A DNA stretch of 61,848 nucleotides, counting the filler. It is 6 parts of 6 records of this genome, joined end to end, with 100 filler letters (N's around TTAATTAATTAA, not from the genome) between each part and the next. Parts side by side here need not be neighbours in the genome. Positions count along the whole stretch, not along the records: positions 1 to 7,248 come from SRR2962707_2808; positions 7,349 to 12,758 come from SRR2962707_2813; 4 more parts are not named here. One strand, given 5' to 3'. Under the pieces are notes generated by a model. The model had not been told where the DNA came from and did not search any database. It saw nothing but the letters and a program-made list of their open reading frames with translations. Position numbers and translations under genes: made by a program. Shown here in pieces: positions 1-9,682 of this stretch; the stretch's first letter is position 1, and every line of letters starts with the position of its first letter.

Positions 1-1195
1 CTCCGCCGTGATCGTCCTGAAGCGCGGCCCCATGGGCTGTATTGTCTATGACGGGGCCATTCCGGACGATCTCGAAGACGGGATCGTGGGCAAAGGATTT
101 CCCATCGAGGTCTATAATGTGCTCGGCGCGGGCGACGCCTTCATGAGCGGTTTCCTCCGCGGATGGCTGCGGGGCGAGAGCCACCGGACCAGTGCAACAT
201 GGGCCAATGCTTGCGGGGCCTTTGCCGTGAGCCGCCTGCTCTGTGCGCCGGAGATCCCCACCTGGGACGAGCTGCAGTATTTCCTGGAGCGGGGTAGCCC
301 CGAAAAAGCCCTGCGCAAGGATGAAGCCATCAACCACGTCCATTGGGCCACGACCCGGCGGCGGGAGATTCCCGAGCTGATGGCGCTGGCCATCGACCAT
401 CGCAGTCAGCTCGAGGACATGGCAGGCGGCGACGCGCAAAAGCTGGCCCGGCTGCCGGACTTAAAGGTCCTGGCGGTCAAAGCCGCGGCACGGGTGGCCG
501 ATGGGCGCGATGGTTTCGGCATGTTGCTCGACGACAAATATGGTCGCGACGCGCTTTACGCCGCTGGAGCGCTGCCCAATTTCTGGATCGCCAGGCCCAT
601 CGAATTGCCCGGCTCACGGCCGCTGCAGTTCGAATTTACGCAGGATCTCGGCTCGCGCCTGATCGACTGGCCGGTGGATCACTGCATCAAGGTGCTGTGC
701 TTCTTCCACCCGGATGATGGCCAGGACCTGCGAGATGAACAGATCGCCAAGTTGCGTTCGGCCTTTGATGCGGTGCGCAAGATCGGTCGTGAATTGCTGG
801 TCGAAGTCATTGCGTCCAAGCATGGACAGACCAATGATGACACGCTGGCGCGGGCACTGACCGAGATTTACGATGCCGGCATCAAGCCGGACTGGTGGAA
901 GCTTGAGCCGCAAAAGAGTGAGGCGGCGTGGGCAGCCATTGATGGCGTCATAGAAACGCGCGACCCTTACTGTCGCGGCGTGGTGATGCTGGGCCTCGAC
1001 GCGCCGCAGGATGAACTAGCTGCTGGTTTCGCCGCTGCAAAGTCGGCGCGGAGCGTCAAGGGATTTGCTGTGGGTCGGACAATCTTCGGTGAGGTCGCGC
1101 GTGACTGGCTGGATAACAGAATGAGCGACGAAGAGGCCGTAGCCGAGATGGCGAAACGGTTCGGCGCACTGGTAGAGATTTGGGAGCGGCCATGA
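1..1195 (+). CDS. iolC: 5-dehydro-2-deoxygluconokinase with C-terminal DUF2090 domain (5' truncated)
   Basis: PfkB signature VLGAGDAFMSG followed by the aldolase-like C-terminal domain (LAIDHRSQ, KPDWWKLEP, GFAVGRTIF); directly upstream of iolD. Confidence 0.93.
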   Translation, partial: SAVIVLKRGPMGCIVYDGAIPDDLEDGIVGKGFPIEVYNVLGAGDAFMSGFLRGWLRGESHRTSATWANACGAFAVSRLLCAPEIPTWDELQYFLERGSPEKALRKDEAINHVHWATTRRREIPELMALAIDHRSQLEDMAGGDAQKLARLPDLKVLAVKAAARVADGRDGFGMLLDDKYGRDALYAAGALPNFWIARPIELPGSRPLQFEFTQDLGSRLIDWPVDHCIKVLCFFHPDDGQDLRDEQIAKLRSAFDAVRKIGRELLVEVIASKHGQTNDDTLARALTEIYDAGIKPDWWKLEPQKSEAAWAAIDGVIETRDPYCRGVVMLGLDAPQDELAAGFAAAKSARSVKGFAVGRTIFGEVARDWLDNRMSDEEAVAEMAKRFGALVEIWERP

Positions 1196-3039
1196 GCCAG
1201 AATACAATCCGATTGACGATGGCCCAGGCCGTGGCGCGTTTCATGTGCGCGCAGAAGACGGTGATCGATGGCGAGACCGTGCCGATCTTTGGCGGCGTCT
1301 GGGCCATTTTCGGGCACGGCAATGTGGCTGGTGTCGGCGAAGCGCTACACGGCATCAAGGACGCGTTGCCGATCTATCGCGGCCAGAACGAGCAGAGCAT
1401 GGCGCATGCCGGCATCGCCTATGCCAAGGCCAATTTCCGGCGCCGCTTCATGGCGTGCACCAGTTCCATCGGGCCCGGCGCACTCAACATGGTGACGGCG
1501 GCGGCGCTGGCCCATGTCAACCGCATCCCCCTGCTATTGCTGCCCGGCGACGTCTTCGCCAATCGCCTACCGGACCCGGTCTTGCAGCAGGCAGAAGATT
1601 TCGGCGATGGCACCGTGACCGTGAACGACTGCTTCCGGCCCGTCAGTCGCTATTTTGACCGCATCACGCGGCCCGAGCAGATCATGCCGGCGCTGCGACG
1701 GGCCATGCAGGTGCTCACCGACCCGGCCGAATGCGGGCCGGTGACACTGAGCCTCTGCCAGGACGTGCAGGCGGAAGCCTATGACTATCCAGAGAGCTTC
1801 TTTGCCGAAAAGGTCTGGAGCCCGCGCCGGCTCATGCCGGATGCCGACGAGTTCGCGACGGCAGCGGCCGCGCTGAAACTGGCAAAGAAGCCGGTGATCA
1901 TCGCTGGTGGCGGCGTGCTCTATTCACAGGCCAGCGAGAGCCTGGCGGCCTTTGCCGAGGAACACGGCATTCCCGTGATGGAAACGCAGGCGGGAAAAAG
2001 CGCCCTGCCCCATGACCATGACCTCAATTTGGGCAGCGTTGGCGTGACCGGCACATCGGCGTCCAATGCACTGGCGGAAGAGGCCGACGTGGTGCTGGCC
2101 GTGGGCACGCGGCTGCAGGACTTCACCACCGGGTCATGGGCTCTGTTCAAGAATGAGGACGTCAAAATCATCGGGCTCAATGTCCAGGTGTTCGACGCCA
2201 TGAAACACAATGCGCTGCCCATGGTGGCCGATGCGCGTGTGGGTCTTGAAGCGCTGGACGCAGCCCTTTTGGGTTGGCAGGTTGATTCCGCCTGGACCAG
2301 CAAAGCCTTGCGTGAAAAGGAAGATTGGCTGGGCGCGGCAGATGCGGCGCTGGCGGCATCAAATGTGGAACTGCCCTCGGATGCCCAGGTCATCGGCGCA
2401 GTACAGCGGGGCCGGGACAAGGCCACGCTGGTCTGTGCTGCCGGCGGCCTGCCGGGTGAGCTGCACAAGCTGTGGCGGGCCGATGCGCCGGGCAGCTACC
2501 ATCTCGAATATGGCTTTTCGACCATGGGCTACGAGATTGCTGCCGGGCTCGGTGTGGCGCTTGCAAAGCCGGATGAGGACACCATCGTGATGGTGGGCGA
2601 CGGCTCCTATCTGATGATGAATTCGGAGATCGTCAGTGCCGTGATGCTCGGCATCAAGCTGACCATCGTGGTGCTCGACAATTCCGGCTATGGCTGCATC
2701 AACAGGCTGCAAATGGCCACCGGCGGGGCAAACTTCAACAATCTGTTCCGCGACACCCGCCACCAGACCATGCCCAATGTCGACTTTGCCGCCCATGCTG
2801 CATCGATGGGGGCCAATGCGAAGAAAGTCGCCTCGCTGGCCGAACTGGAAACTGCGCTCAAGGAGAGCAAGGACCATGCAGGCGTGTCAGTTTTCGTGAT
2901 CGACACCGACCCGCTGATCACCACCGATGAGGGTGGCCATTGGTGGGATGTGGCGGTGCCGGAAGTCAGCACGCGCCCCCAGGTCAATGCGGCGCGGGAC
3001 GCCTATGTGAAGGCGCTCAAGGCGCAGCGGGCCGGGTAG
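1192..3039 (+). CDS. iolD: 3D-(3,5/4)-trihydroxycyclohexane-1,2-dione acylhydrolase (TPP-dependent)
   Basis: TIRLTMAQA N-terminus, AIFGHGNVAG, TPP motif GDGSYLM...DNSGYGCINRLQ; ATGA overlap with iolC. Confidence 0.95.
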   Translation: MSQNTIRLTMAQAVARFMCAQKTVIDGETVPIFGGVWAIFGHGNVAGVGEALHGIKDALPIYRGQNEQSMAHAGIAYAKANFRRRFMACTSSIGPGALNMVTAAALAHVNRIPLLLLPGDVFANRLPDPVLQQAEDFGDGTVTVNDCFRPVSRYFDRITRPEQIMPALRRAMQVLTDPAECGPVTLSLCQDVQAEAYDYPESFFAEKVWSPRRLMPDADEFATAAAALKLAKKPVIIAGGGVLYSQASESLAAFAEEHGIPVMETQAGKSALPHDHDLNLGSVGVTGTSASNALAEEADVVLAVGTRLQDFTTGSWALFKNEDVKIIGLNVQVFDAMKHNALPMVADARVGLEALDAALLGWQVDSAWTSKALREKEDWLGAADAALAASNVELPSDAQVIGAVQRGRDKATLVCAAGGLPGELHKLWRADAPGSYHLEYGFSTMGYEIAAGLGVALAKPDEDTIVMVGDGSYLMMNSEIVSAVMLGIKLTIVVLDNSGYGCINRLQMATGGANFNNLFRDTRHQTMPNVDFAAHAASMGANAKKVASLAELETALKESKDHAGVSVFVIDTDPLITTDEGGHWWDVAVPEVSTRPQVNAARDAYVKALKAQRAG

Positions 3040-3048
3040 GAGAACAAA

Positions 3049-3966
3049 ATGAAAGCCAAGCTTGGCATGTCGCCCATTGCGTGGTGGAACGACGATCTGG
3101 TCGAACTGAGCGACGATGTTTCGCTCGAAGAGTGCCTGCGGCAGTCCCGTTCGGCCGGATTTACCGGTATGGAAAAGGGGCGTCGCTTTCCCGATGATCC
3201 CGAGGTGATGCTGCCCATCCTCAAGGCGGCCGACGTGACGCTGTGCGGCGGCTGGTTCTCCGGCACGCTGGTGGACGAAGACCTGTCCGTCAACAAGGAC
3301 CGCATCGCGCCAATGATCGAGTTGTTCAAGGCGGTCGATGCGCCCTGCATTGTCTATGGTGAGGTGGGCCGCTCGATCCAGGGCAAGCGCGACGTGCCGC
3401 TGGCGCAAAAGCCAAAGCTTTCGGATGACGAAATGATGGCCTATGCACGCAAGGTCACTGCGTTTGGCGAATGGTGCGCCGAGCAGGGCATGCCGCTGAG
3501 CTATCACCACCATATGGGCGCCGTGGTCGAGACCGAAACCGAACTTGACGCCTTCATGGCGGCGTCCGGGCCGGGCATTCCACTCCTGCTCGACGCAGGG
3601 CATCTGGTTTTTGCCGGTGGCGATGTCCTACGGGCCATCGACAGGCACCACACACGCATCAACCATGTGCATGTCAAGGATATCCGCCAAGCGGTGGTGG
3701 ATGGGCTGAATCGCAGCCAGCAGAGTTTTCTCGATGCGGTGGCGCTCGGTGCCTTCACCGTGCCGGGTGACGGGTCGCTTGATTTTGGCGCCATCGTGCA
3801 GCGGCTAGCCGATCATGGTTATGAAGGCTGGTTCGTGGTCGAGGCAGAGCAGGATCCGGTGGCCAATCCGCCGCTCAAGATGGCGCAGGTTGGGCATGCC
3901 GAGCTGATGCGCGTGATGGCCGCCGCCGGCTACACCGTCGAGACCCAGGGCTTTCCAAAAGGGTGA
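3049..3966 (+). CDS. iolE: myo-inosose-2 dehydratase
   Basis: LGMSPIAWWNDDL, YHHHMG, HVHVKD, FTVPGDG, VVEAEQDP; RBS GGAG. Confidence 0.95.
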   Translation: MKAKLGMSPIAWWNDDLVELSDDVSLEECLRQSRSAGFTGMEKGRRFPDDPEVMLPILKAADVTLCGGWFSGTLVDEDLSVNKDRIAPMIELFKAVDAPCIVYGEVGRSIQGKRDVPLAQKPKLSDDEMMAYARKVTAFGEWCAEQGMPLSYHHHMGAVVETETELDAFMAASGPGIPLLLDAGHLVFAGGDVLRAIDRHHTRINHVHVKDIRQAVVDGLNRSQQSFLDAVALGAFTVPGDGSLDFGAIVQRLADHGYEGWFVVEAEQDPVANPPLKMAQVGHAELMRVMAAAGYTVETQGFPKG

Positions 3967-4022
3967 GTCTTTTGAAGGGGCTGTGCTAAAGCCTTGCCGA
4001 AGTGAATCAATCGGGAGGCGGT

Positions 4023-4274
4023 ATGGCCCTCAAGGAAAACGATCTCAAATGGTTCCGCCCGATGTGGCGGCGCGTGGCGGTCGCCGTGTTCCTGGCGCTC
4101 TGGCTGGGTTGGGAACTGCTGTTCACCCAGGACATGTTCTGGGCCGTCCTCGTTGGCGCGGCACTGGCCTATGTGGGCTGGAACTTCTTTTACAAGTTTC
4201 CCAAGGAGGAGAACGAAAATGAGCAAGTCCCCCCTCCTCGTCCGTCCGACGAGCAAGACCGGCAGGATCCATGA
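4023..4274 (+). CDS. small two-TM membrane protein (DUF3329-like)
   Basis: GGAGG RBS; WFRPMWRRVAV followed by two hydrophobic helices; 3' end overlaps iolB. Confidence 0.7.
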   Translation: MALKENDLKWFRPMWRRVAVAVFLALWLGWELLFTQDMFWAVLVGAALAYVGWNFFYKFPKEENENEQVPPPRPSDEQDRQDP

Positions 4275-5019
4275 CGTCACGCCGGCTTCGGCCGGCTGGA
4301 CGCATGTCGGTTTCGGCTTGCATAGCTTGGTACCGGGCCAAGCCTATGGTGAGGAGACCGGCGAGCGCGAGGTCTGCCTGGTGCTGGTCAGCGGCAAAGG
4401 CCGCTTTGCCGTCGATGGCGAGGACTTCGGAGAACTGGGCGACCGCATGAGCCCATTCGATGGTGCGCCGCACGCGCTTTATGTGCCTGCGGGAAGGCAT
4501 TGGGCAGTGGATGCGACGACCGATCTGGAACTGGCTGTCTGCTCGGCGCCGGGTGGCGGAGACTATCATGCCAGGGTCATTCCACCCGGCACGCATCCAC
4601 GTGTTACGCGTGGTACCGGCGCCAATGTGCGGCATGTCCACAATATCATGCCCGAGGATGATGGGGCGGCCAATGCGCTGCTGGTTGTCGAGGTCATCAC
4701 GCCACAGGGGAATACCTCATCCTACCCACCACACAAGCACGACCAGGACAATCTTCCGCACGAAAGCCAGTTGGAAGAGACCTATTATCACCGGATGAAC
4801 CCGCCGCAGGGCTTCGCCTTTCAGCGTATTTTCACCGATGACCGGAGCCTGGACGAAGCCATAGCGATCGAGGATGGCGACGTGACCCTGGTGCCGCGCG
4901 GATATCATCCGGTGGCGACGACAGCGGGTTATGACCTCTACTATCTCAACGTCATGGCGGGGCCCAAGCGCGTATGGAAGTTCCACAATGCGCCCGAGCA
5001 TGAGTGGATGCTGAAATAG
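4219..5019 (+). CDS. iolB: 5-deoxy-glucuronate isomerase
   Basis: EREVCLVLVSG, SSYPPHKHD, LEETYYHR, GYHPV, YYLNVMAGP; RBS AGGAG upstream of ATG 4219. Confidence 0.95.
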   Translation: MSKSPLLVRPTSKTGRIHDVTPASAGWTHVGFGLHSLVPGQAYGEETGEREVCLVLVSGKGRFAVDGEDFGELGDRMSPFDGAPHALYVPAGRHWAVDATTDLELAVCSAPGGGDYHARVIPPGTHPRVTRGTGANVRHVHNIMPEDDGAANALLVVEVITPQGNTSSYPPHKHDQDNLPHESQLEETYYHRMNPPQGFAFQRIFTDDRSLDEAIAIEDGDVTLVPRGYHPVATTAGYDLYYLNVMAGPKRVWKFHNAPEHEWMLK

Positions 5020-5028
5020 CGGCGTCGC

Positions 5029-5400
5029 TCAGACGTGCTGGTCGAACAGGATGACATTGCCATCCGGGTCGGTGACCGAGAAATTCGCCGGCCCGGAGGA
5101 TTGCGGGTCAATCTCGGTGCCGACTTCAATCCCAACTGACTTGAGCGACTGCTGGATTTTCCGGATGTCGGTGAAATCCGGCAATTGCTCGGAATCGGCG
5201 TTCCAGCCCGGATTGAAGGTCAGGATGTTCTTGTCGAACATGCCCTGAAACAGGCCGATTACATGGTCACCGTTTTTCATGATGAGCCAGTTCTGGGCCT
5301 CCTCGCCCATGATCGCGGAGAAACCAAGCTTCTCATAGAAGCTGCGCGAGGCTGCAATATCCTTGACGGCGAGGCTGACGGAAAAGGCACCGAGTTCCAT
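5029..5400 (-). CDS. VOC/glyoxalase family protein
   Basis: MELGAFSVSLAVKDIAASRSFYEKLGF ... DPDGNVILFDQHV. Confidence 0.88.
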   Translation of the reverse strand: MELGAFSVSLAVKDIAASRSFYEKLGFSAIMGEEAQNWLIMKNGDHVIGLFQGMFDKNILTFNPGWNADSEQLPDFTDIRKIQQSLKSVGIEVGTEIDPQSSGPANFSVTDPDGNVILFDQHV

Positions 5401-5465
5401 TGGACGCTCCCTTGTCTTGTTCGCAAAGACTAAGGAGGTCGGCCGGTGGTCGCAAGGTCGGCGGC

Positions 5466-6503
5466 CTAGCGACCCTGAAATACGGACCGGTCTGCCAGCG
5501 GGCCAGTGATTTCGCTGACCTTGACCGCCCGACCTTCGGACACCGATTTCAATGCCGCATCGGCCAGAGCGAGGGCAATGAGCCCGTCGGCACCACTCGG
5601 TGCGGCCGGAGACTTTGATTCAACGCAATCTATGAAGTGGCTGATTTCGCGGGCATAAGCCTCAGTGTAGCGGGTCATGAAAAAATCGTGCAGGGGCGGT
5701 CTTGTATAGCCCTCTGCGTTGGCAATCTCGATGGAAACCGGGCGCTGGTTCTCTGCGGCAACGGCGCCCTTGGAGCCATGGACCTCGATGCGCTGGTCAT
5801 AGCCATAGGTGGCGCGGCGCGAATTCGAAATGGTGGCATGCCTGCCCGATGCCGTGGCCAGCATGATCGAGGCGCTGTCGAAGTCGCCGGCTTCGCCAAT
5901 GGCCTTGTCCACTAGAACCGAAGCCTGGGCGGAGACGGTTTCGATCTCCTCGCCCAGCAGGAAGCGGGCCATGTCGAAATCGTGGATCGTCATGTCGCGG
6001 AAAATGCCGCCGGAGCGCTTCACATAGTCGGCCGGCGGCGCACCGGGATCGCGGGAGATGATCGTGACCATCTCGACGTCACCGATCTGGCCATCGGCAA
6101 TGGCCTGTTTTACCGCCTGGAAATGTGGATCGAAGCGCCGGTTGAAACCAACCATCAGCGTCGCGCCGGTTTCATCGACGACCCGGAGACAGGCCTTCAC
6201 CCGCTCGACGTCGAGATCAATGGGCTTTTCGCAGAAGATGGCCTTGCCTGCGCGGGAAAAGCGTTCGATCAGATCGGCGTGGGTATCGGTGGGGGTACAG
6301 ATGATGACCGCATCAATGTCCGACGCCGTCTCGATGGCTTCGATCGTGCGCACCTGGGCGCCATATTGCCCGGCGAGTGCCGAGGCAGCTTCCGGCATCG
6401 CATCGGCCACAGCGACCAGTTCGGCCCGCGCGTTCGAAGAGACGGCCTTGGCGTGTACTTTTCCAATGCGACCTGCCCCGAGCAGGCCAAAACGAATGGT
6501 CAT
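5466..6503 (-). CDS. iolG: myo-inositol 2-dehydrogenase
   Basis: GLLGAGRIG, CEKPID, GFNRRFDP, GGIFRDMTIHDFD, YGYDQRIEVHG; iol context. Confidence 0.93.
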   Translation of the reverse strand: MTIRFGLLGAGRIGKVHAKAVSSNARAELVAVADAMPEAASALAGQYGAQVRTIEAIETASDIDAVIICTPTDTHADLIERFSRAGKAIFCEKPIDLDVERVKACLRVVDETGATLMVGFNRRFDPHFQAVKQAIADGQIGDVEMVTIISRDPGAPPADYVKRSGGIFRDMTIHDFDMARFLLGEEIETVSAQASVLVDKAIGEAGDFDSASIMLATASGRHATISNSRRATYGYDQRIEVHGSKGAVAAENQRPVSIEIANAEGYTRPPLHDFFMTRYTEAYAREISHFIDCVESKSPAAPSGADGLIALALADAALKSVSEGRAVKVSEITGPLADRSVFQGR

Positions 6504-6552
6504 TGCGAACAGACTCCAGCAACCAACGAGCCGATCAACGGCCCAATCTTGC

Positions 6553-6596
6553 GGAACAGATAGTCCATTTTTTGAGCTAGCGAAACAGAAATTCCA
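6553..6596. promoter_or_regulatory. two imperfect IolR(RpiR)-type operators upstream of iolG
   Basis: GGAACAGATAGTCCA (6553-6567) and GAAACAGAAATTCCA (6582-6596) resemble the GGAA-N6-TTCC alphaproteobacterial IolR motif. Confidence 0.5.
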
Positions 6597-6602
6597 GAAC
6601 TT

Positions 6603-7079
6603 TCAGTGCTCGCGCGCGCGCTCCAGCAACCGCTTGCACTCAAGCAGTTCGCGCAGCACTTCGGAGAGCTTGTCGCGCGACTCCTGGTCAAGCGCCGGGC
6701 TTGCCAGCATCTGGGCGTCTTCCAGTTCCGCCTCATCGCCTGCCGCTTCGGCCTGCTCGATCATGGGCAGGATTTCGTCCAGCCCCTTGCCCTCGCCAAC
6801 CGCGATAACGTAGCGCGCCCCCTGATCCTTGAGGATCTTCTGCACGCCCTTGATGGTGAAACCCTGATCGTAAAGCAGGTGTCGAATACCGCGCAGCAGC
6901 ATCACATCTTCGGGGCGATAATAGCGCCGTCCGCCGCCACGCTTGAGCGGCTTGATGGTATTGAAGCGGGTTTCCCAGAATCGCAAAACGTGCTGCGGGA
7001 GATCGAGCTCTTCAGCAGCTTCAGAGATGGTACGGAACGCGTCTGGCGACTTGTCCAAACCGCGATTCTCCCTGCCCAC
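6603..7079 (-). CDS. MerR-family transcriptional regulator (ihfA-linked)
   Basis: [39 protein letters not shown]; follows ihfA as usual in alphaproteobacteria. Confidence 0.9.
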   Translation of the reverse strand: MGRENRGLDKSPDAFRTISEAAEELDLPQHVLRFWETRFNTIKPLKRGGGRRYYRPEDVMLLRGIRHLLYDQGFTIKGVQKILKDQGARYVIAVGEGKGLDEILPMIEQAEAAGDEAELEDAQMLASPALDQESRDKLSEVLRELLECKRLLERAREH

Positions 7080-7163
7080 GGCAACGCGCTTGTTGCAGTT
7101 TCGCCCTTACCAGCCGGGCCTTTCGGAGAACCAGAATGCTCTTCGACCAGGCGCGTAAAAGCC

Positions 7164-7248
7164 TTACTTTCCAGCGCCGACCATAGACTTGTTGATCTTG
7201 GACTTCAACACATTGGAGGGTTTGAACACAAGAACCTGCCGGGGCAGG
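7164..7248 (-). CDS. ihfA: integration host factor alpha subunit, 3' fragment
   Basis: Reverse strand reads LPRQVLVFKPSNVLKSKINKSMVGAGK*, the IHF-alpha C-terminus; cut by the contig edge. Confidence 0.8.
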
Positions 7249-7348
7249 NNNNNNNNNNNNNNNNNNNNNNNNNNNNNNNNNNNNNNNNNNNNTTAATTAA
7301 TTAANNNNNNNNNNNNNNNNNNNNNNNNNNNNNNNNNNNNNNNNNNNN
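7249..7348. other. artificial contig spacer
   Basis: N-run, TTAATTAATTAA (stops in six frames), N-run. Confidence 0.99.
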
Positions 7349-7429
7349 TTGCCAAATAAACTCCCGCCGGAGGCTCCCCAAAGCGGCAACACACGCTAAA
7401 CTCCCGGTAATCAAACAAAGGAACGACAC

Positions 7430-8122
7430 ATGAATATCATTTGGCTTGGCCACGGCAGCTTTCGCATCGAACTAGAAGATCAAGTGATCCTGATTGATCC
7501 TTGGCTAACCGGAAACCCGATGCTGGGCGATGAACACCACGCTAGCGCACTTGCCGGCGTCACGCAGATTCTCGTGACACATGGCCATTTCGACCACACC
7601 CAAGACCTGAAAATGGTGGCCGAAAAAACCGGTGCGCCGGTTGCCGGTATGGTCGAACTGATGGGGTATTTCGCCGCGCAAGGTGTCGAAAACACAACAG
7701 GGTTCAACAAGGGCGGCACCATCACATGCGGCAAGGTGACCGTGACCATGGTGCCCGCCTCGCATTCCTCGTCGGTCGAGGGGGAAAACGGTCCGATCTA
7801 TATGGGAGCCGAAACCGGGTTCATGATTTCAGGCGAAGGCCACACAATCTATGTCTCTGGTGACACTGGCATTATGGCCGATATGGAATGGATGGGCGAT
7901 TACCACAAACCTGATATCGGCATCCTAAGCGCGGGCGGTTTTTATACCATGGACATGGCGCAGGCGGCCTATGCAGCCAAGAAATACTTTGATTTCAGGA
8001 CCGTGATCCCCTGCCACTACCGGACGTTCGGCGCGCTTGAACAATCAGCCGAGGGTCTGATCGCAGGGCTTGCGGGCGTGAATGTTATCGAACCAGAGGT
8101 GATGCAACCCATCAAGCTTTGA
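7430..8122 (+). CDS. UPF0173 metal-dependent hydrolase (MBL fold)
   Basis: WLGHGSF, IDPWLTGNP, THGHFDH, SGDTG, IPCHY. Confidence 0.9.
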   Translation: MNIIWLGHGSFRIELEDQVILIDPWLTGNPMLGDEHHASALAGVTQILVTHGHFDHTQDLKMVAEKTGAPVAGMVELMGYFAAQGVENTTGFNKGGTITCGKVTVTMVPASHSSSVEGENGPIYMGAETGFMISGEGHTIYVSGDTGIMADMEWMGDYHKPDIGILSAGGFYTMDMAQAAYAAKKYFDFRTVIPCHYRTFGALEQSAEGLIAGLAGVNVIEPEVMQPIKL

Positions 8123-8125
8123 TCG

Positions 8126-8542
8126 TTAGTCCGCAATAAGTTTGCGGCGCTCCAGACAGACAGTATTGCCGCTGCGCAGGACCAGATCGTTTTTATACGG
8201 CAACGTCCTGCGCGCGGCTTCGGGATCAATAGCCAGATCGGCACAGACCTCGAATGTATCGGGCCCCAGAACGGTATAGCGATAAGGGTCGTTCGTTACA
8301 GCATCGTTCCGATTTGCTTCCTGCCGGCCAAAGCAAGGCTTCAATCCTTGCAGATTATCCGGCAAGACGCGTTTGGCCTGCCCCACGCAGGTGATCTGAT
8401 CCGCCAGCGCATCAAGGTCAAAGACGCGTTGGCGATCCTGTTCGACCATGCGGGCATATTCCGGCCCGCCAACCACCCAAAGCCCGCCCCCGATCGCAAA
8501 GGCGACAGCCAGACAAAACCCGATGAACAAGATCCGGTTCAT
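8126..8542 (-). CDS. hypothetical membrane-anchored protein (N-terminal TM, pseudopilin-like periplasmic part)
   Basis: TM then GGPEYARMVEQDRQRVFDL...LPDNL...DAVTNDPYRY...FEVCA; ATGA-coupled to upstream gene. Confidence 0.7.
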   Translation of the reverse strand: MNRILFIGFCLAVAFAIGGGLWVVGGPEYARMVEQDRQRVFDLDALADQITCVGQAKRVLPDNLQGLKPCFGRQEANRNDAVTNDPYRYTVLGPDTFEVCADLAIDPEAARRTLPYKNDLVLRSGNTVCLERRKLIAD

Positions 8543-9159
8543 TCCGGTTCCTCTTGTCCTATCGCGTTATAATAAAACAGGAATATCCCTCCAGCGACCA
8601 GCCCTACGATACCGGCCTTTAGGATAAATTGCGTGGTGAAATCACCTGTCAAAAGGGCATAGATCGTCGCGATCAGATCTCCCAGCAGCGTTCCGGCGGC
8701 CAGCAAAAGCGCGATATATGTCATCCATTTGCGGATTGCCGACCGGTGCAGCGCAGGATCACGGGCCAATCTGCGGCGTTCGCGCAGCGTCAGCCACAAA
8801 TACAACGGGGCCGTGACGATCAGAACAGAGACGCCAAAACGAATCCGCCCAACCGCCGCATAGCCGTTATTCTCGAACAGCAAATCGACAAGAACCTGCA
8901 ACACGATCACCAGATTGACGGCACCCACCAACAATATCCCGAAGGTCAGCGCATAGACAAAGAAATCGCGCGCAGACACGGTTTGCACGGGGCGTGGCAC
9001 CGGCGGCGTGAATGCTGTTTCAGCCCATGCGCCCAACGCGTCGGTGATCTCGCGCTCGCTCCAACCCGCATGGATCAACGCGCCGGTAATATCTGCGCGG
9101 CTTTTGCCCGCGACCAGCGCATCACGGATGAAAAGGCTCAACTCGTCTCGGCTTGCCAT
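8539..9159 (-). CDS. DUF5671-like membrane protein
   Basis: SARDFFVY, SAIRKWMTYIAL, GDLIATIYALLTGDFTTQFILK; four TM segments. Confidence 0.75.
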   Translation of the reverse strand: MASRDELSLFIRDALVAGKSRADITGALIHAGWSEREITDALGAWAETAFTPPVPRPVQTVSARDFFVYALTFGILLVGAVNLVIVLQVLVDLLFENNGYAAVGRIRFGVSVLIVTAPLYLWLTLRERRRLARDPALHRSAIRKWMTYIALLLAAGTLLGDLIATIYALLTGDFTTQFILKAGIVGLVAGGIFLFYYNAIGQEEPE

Positions 9160-9163
9160 CGGA

Positions 9164-9619
9164 CTATCCTTTTCTTTTCTCTGCGAAAAAATCGCTCAGC
9201 ATGGCTTCGGATTCTTGACCTGCGATGCCGTCGTACACCTCGGGAACATGGTGGCATTGCGGATGGGTGAACACCCGCGCCCCTTGGGCCACGCCGCCGG
9301 ATTTGGGGTCGCTGGCCCCGTAATACAGTCGCGCAATACGCGCCGCCGAAATCGCCCCGGCGCACATCGCGCAAGGTTCCAGCGTGACATAAAGGGTGTG
9401 CCCGCCCAACCGTTCTGACCCGACAGCATCACAGGCCGCACGGATGGCAAGCATCTCGGCATGGGCGGTGGGGTCGTGCAATTCGCGGGTTCTGTTGCCC
9501 GCCGCCGCCACGATCTGACCTTGCGGGCCGACGATCACGGCACCCACAGGCACCTCGCCGCGCAAGGCAGCTGCGCGGGCTTGTTCCAACGCGGCAGACA
9601 TATATGAAGTAAAGGCCAT
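9164..9619 (-). CDS. tadA: tRNA adenosine(34) deaminase / nucleoside deaminase
   Basis: GEVPVGAV, DPTAHAEMLAIR, TLEPCAMCAGA; divergent from rluB. Confidence 0.9.
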   Translation of the reverse strand: MAFTSYMSAALEQARAAALRGEVPVGAVIVGPQGQIVAAAGNRTRELHDPTAHAEMLAIRAACDAVGSERLGGHTLYVTLEPCAMCAGAISAARIARLYYGASDPKSGGVAQGARVFTHPQCHHVPEVYDGIAGQESEAMLSDFFAEKRKG

Positions 9620-9682
9620 CCCCTCACTTGGCCGCAAATGCAGGCCTTTCGCAAGGGCATGAAACAAGGTAAGCGCTGAATT

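Noticed and set aside
7249-7348. Recurrent TTAATTAATTAA flanked by N-runs (five times) as a biological repeat
   Set aside because: Identical 100-nt spacers with six-frame stops. Genes are truncated at each one and the apparent taxon changes, so no cross-spacer linkage was inferred.
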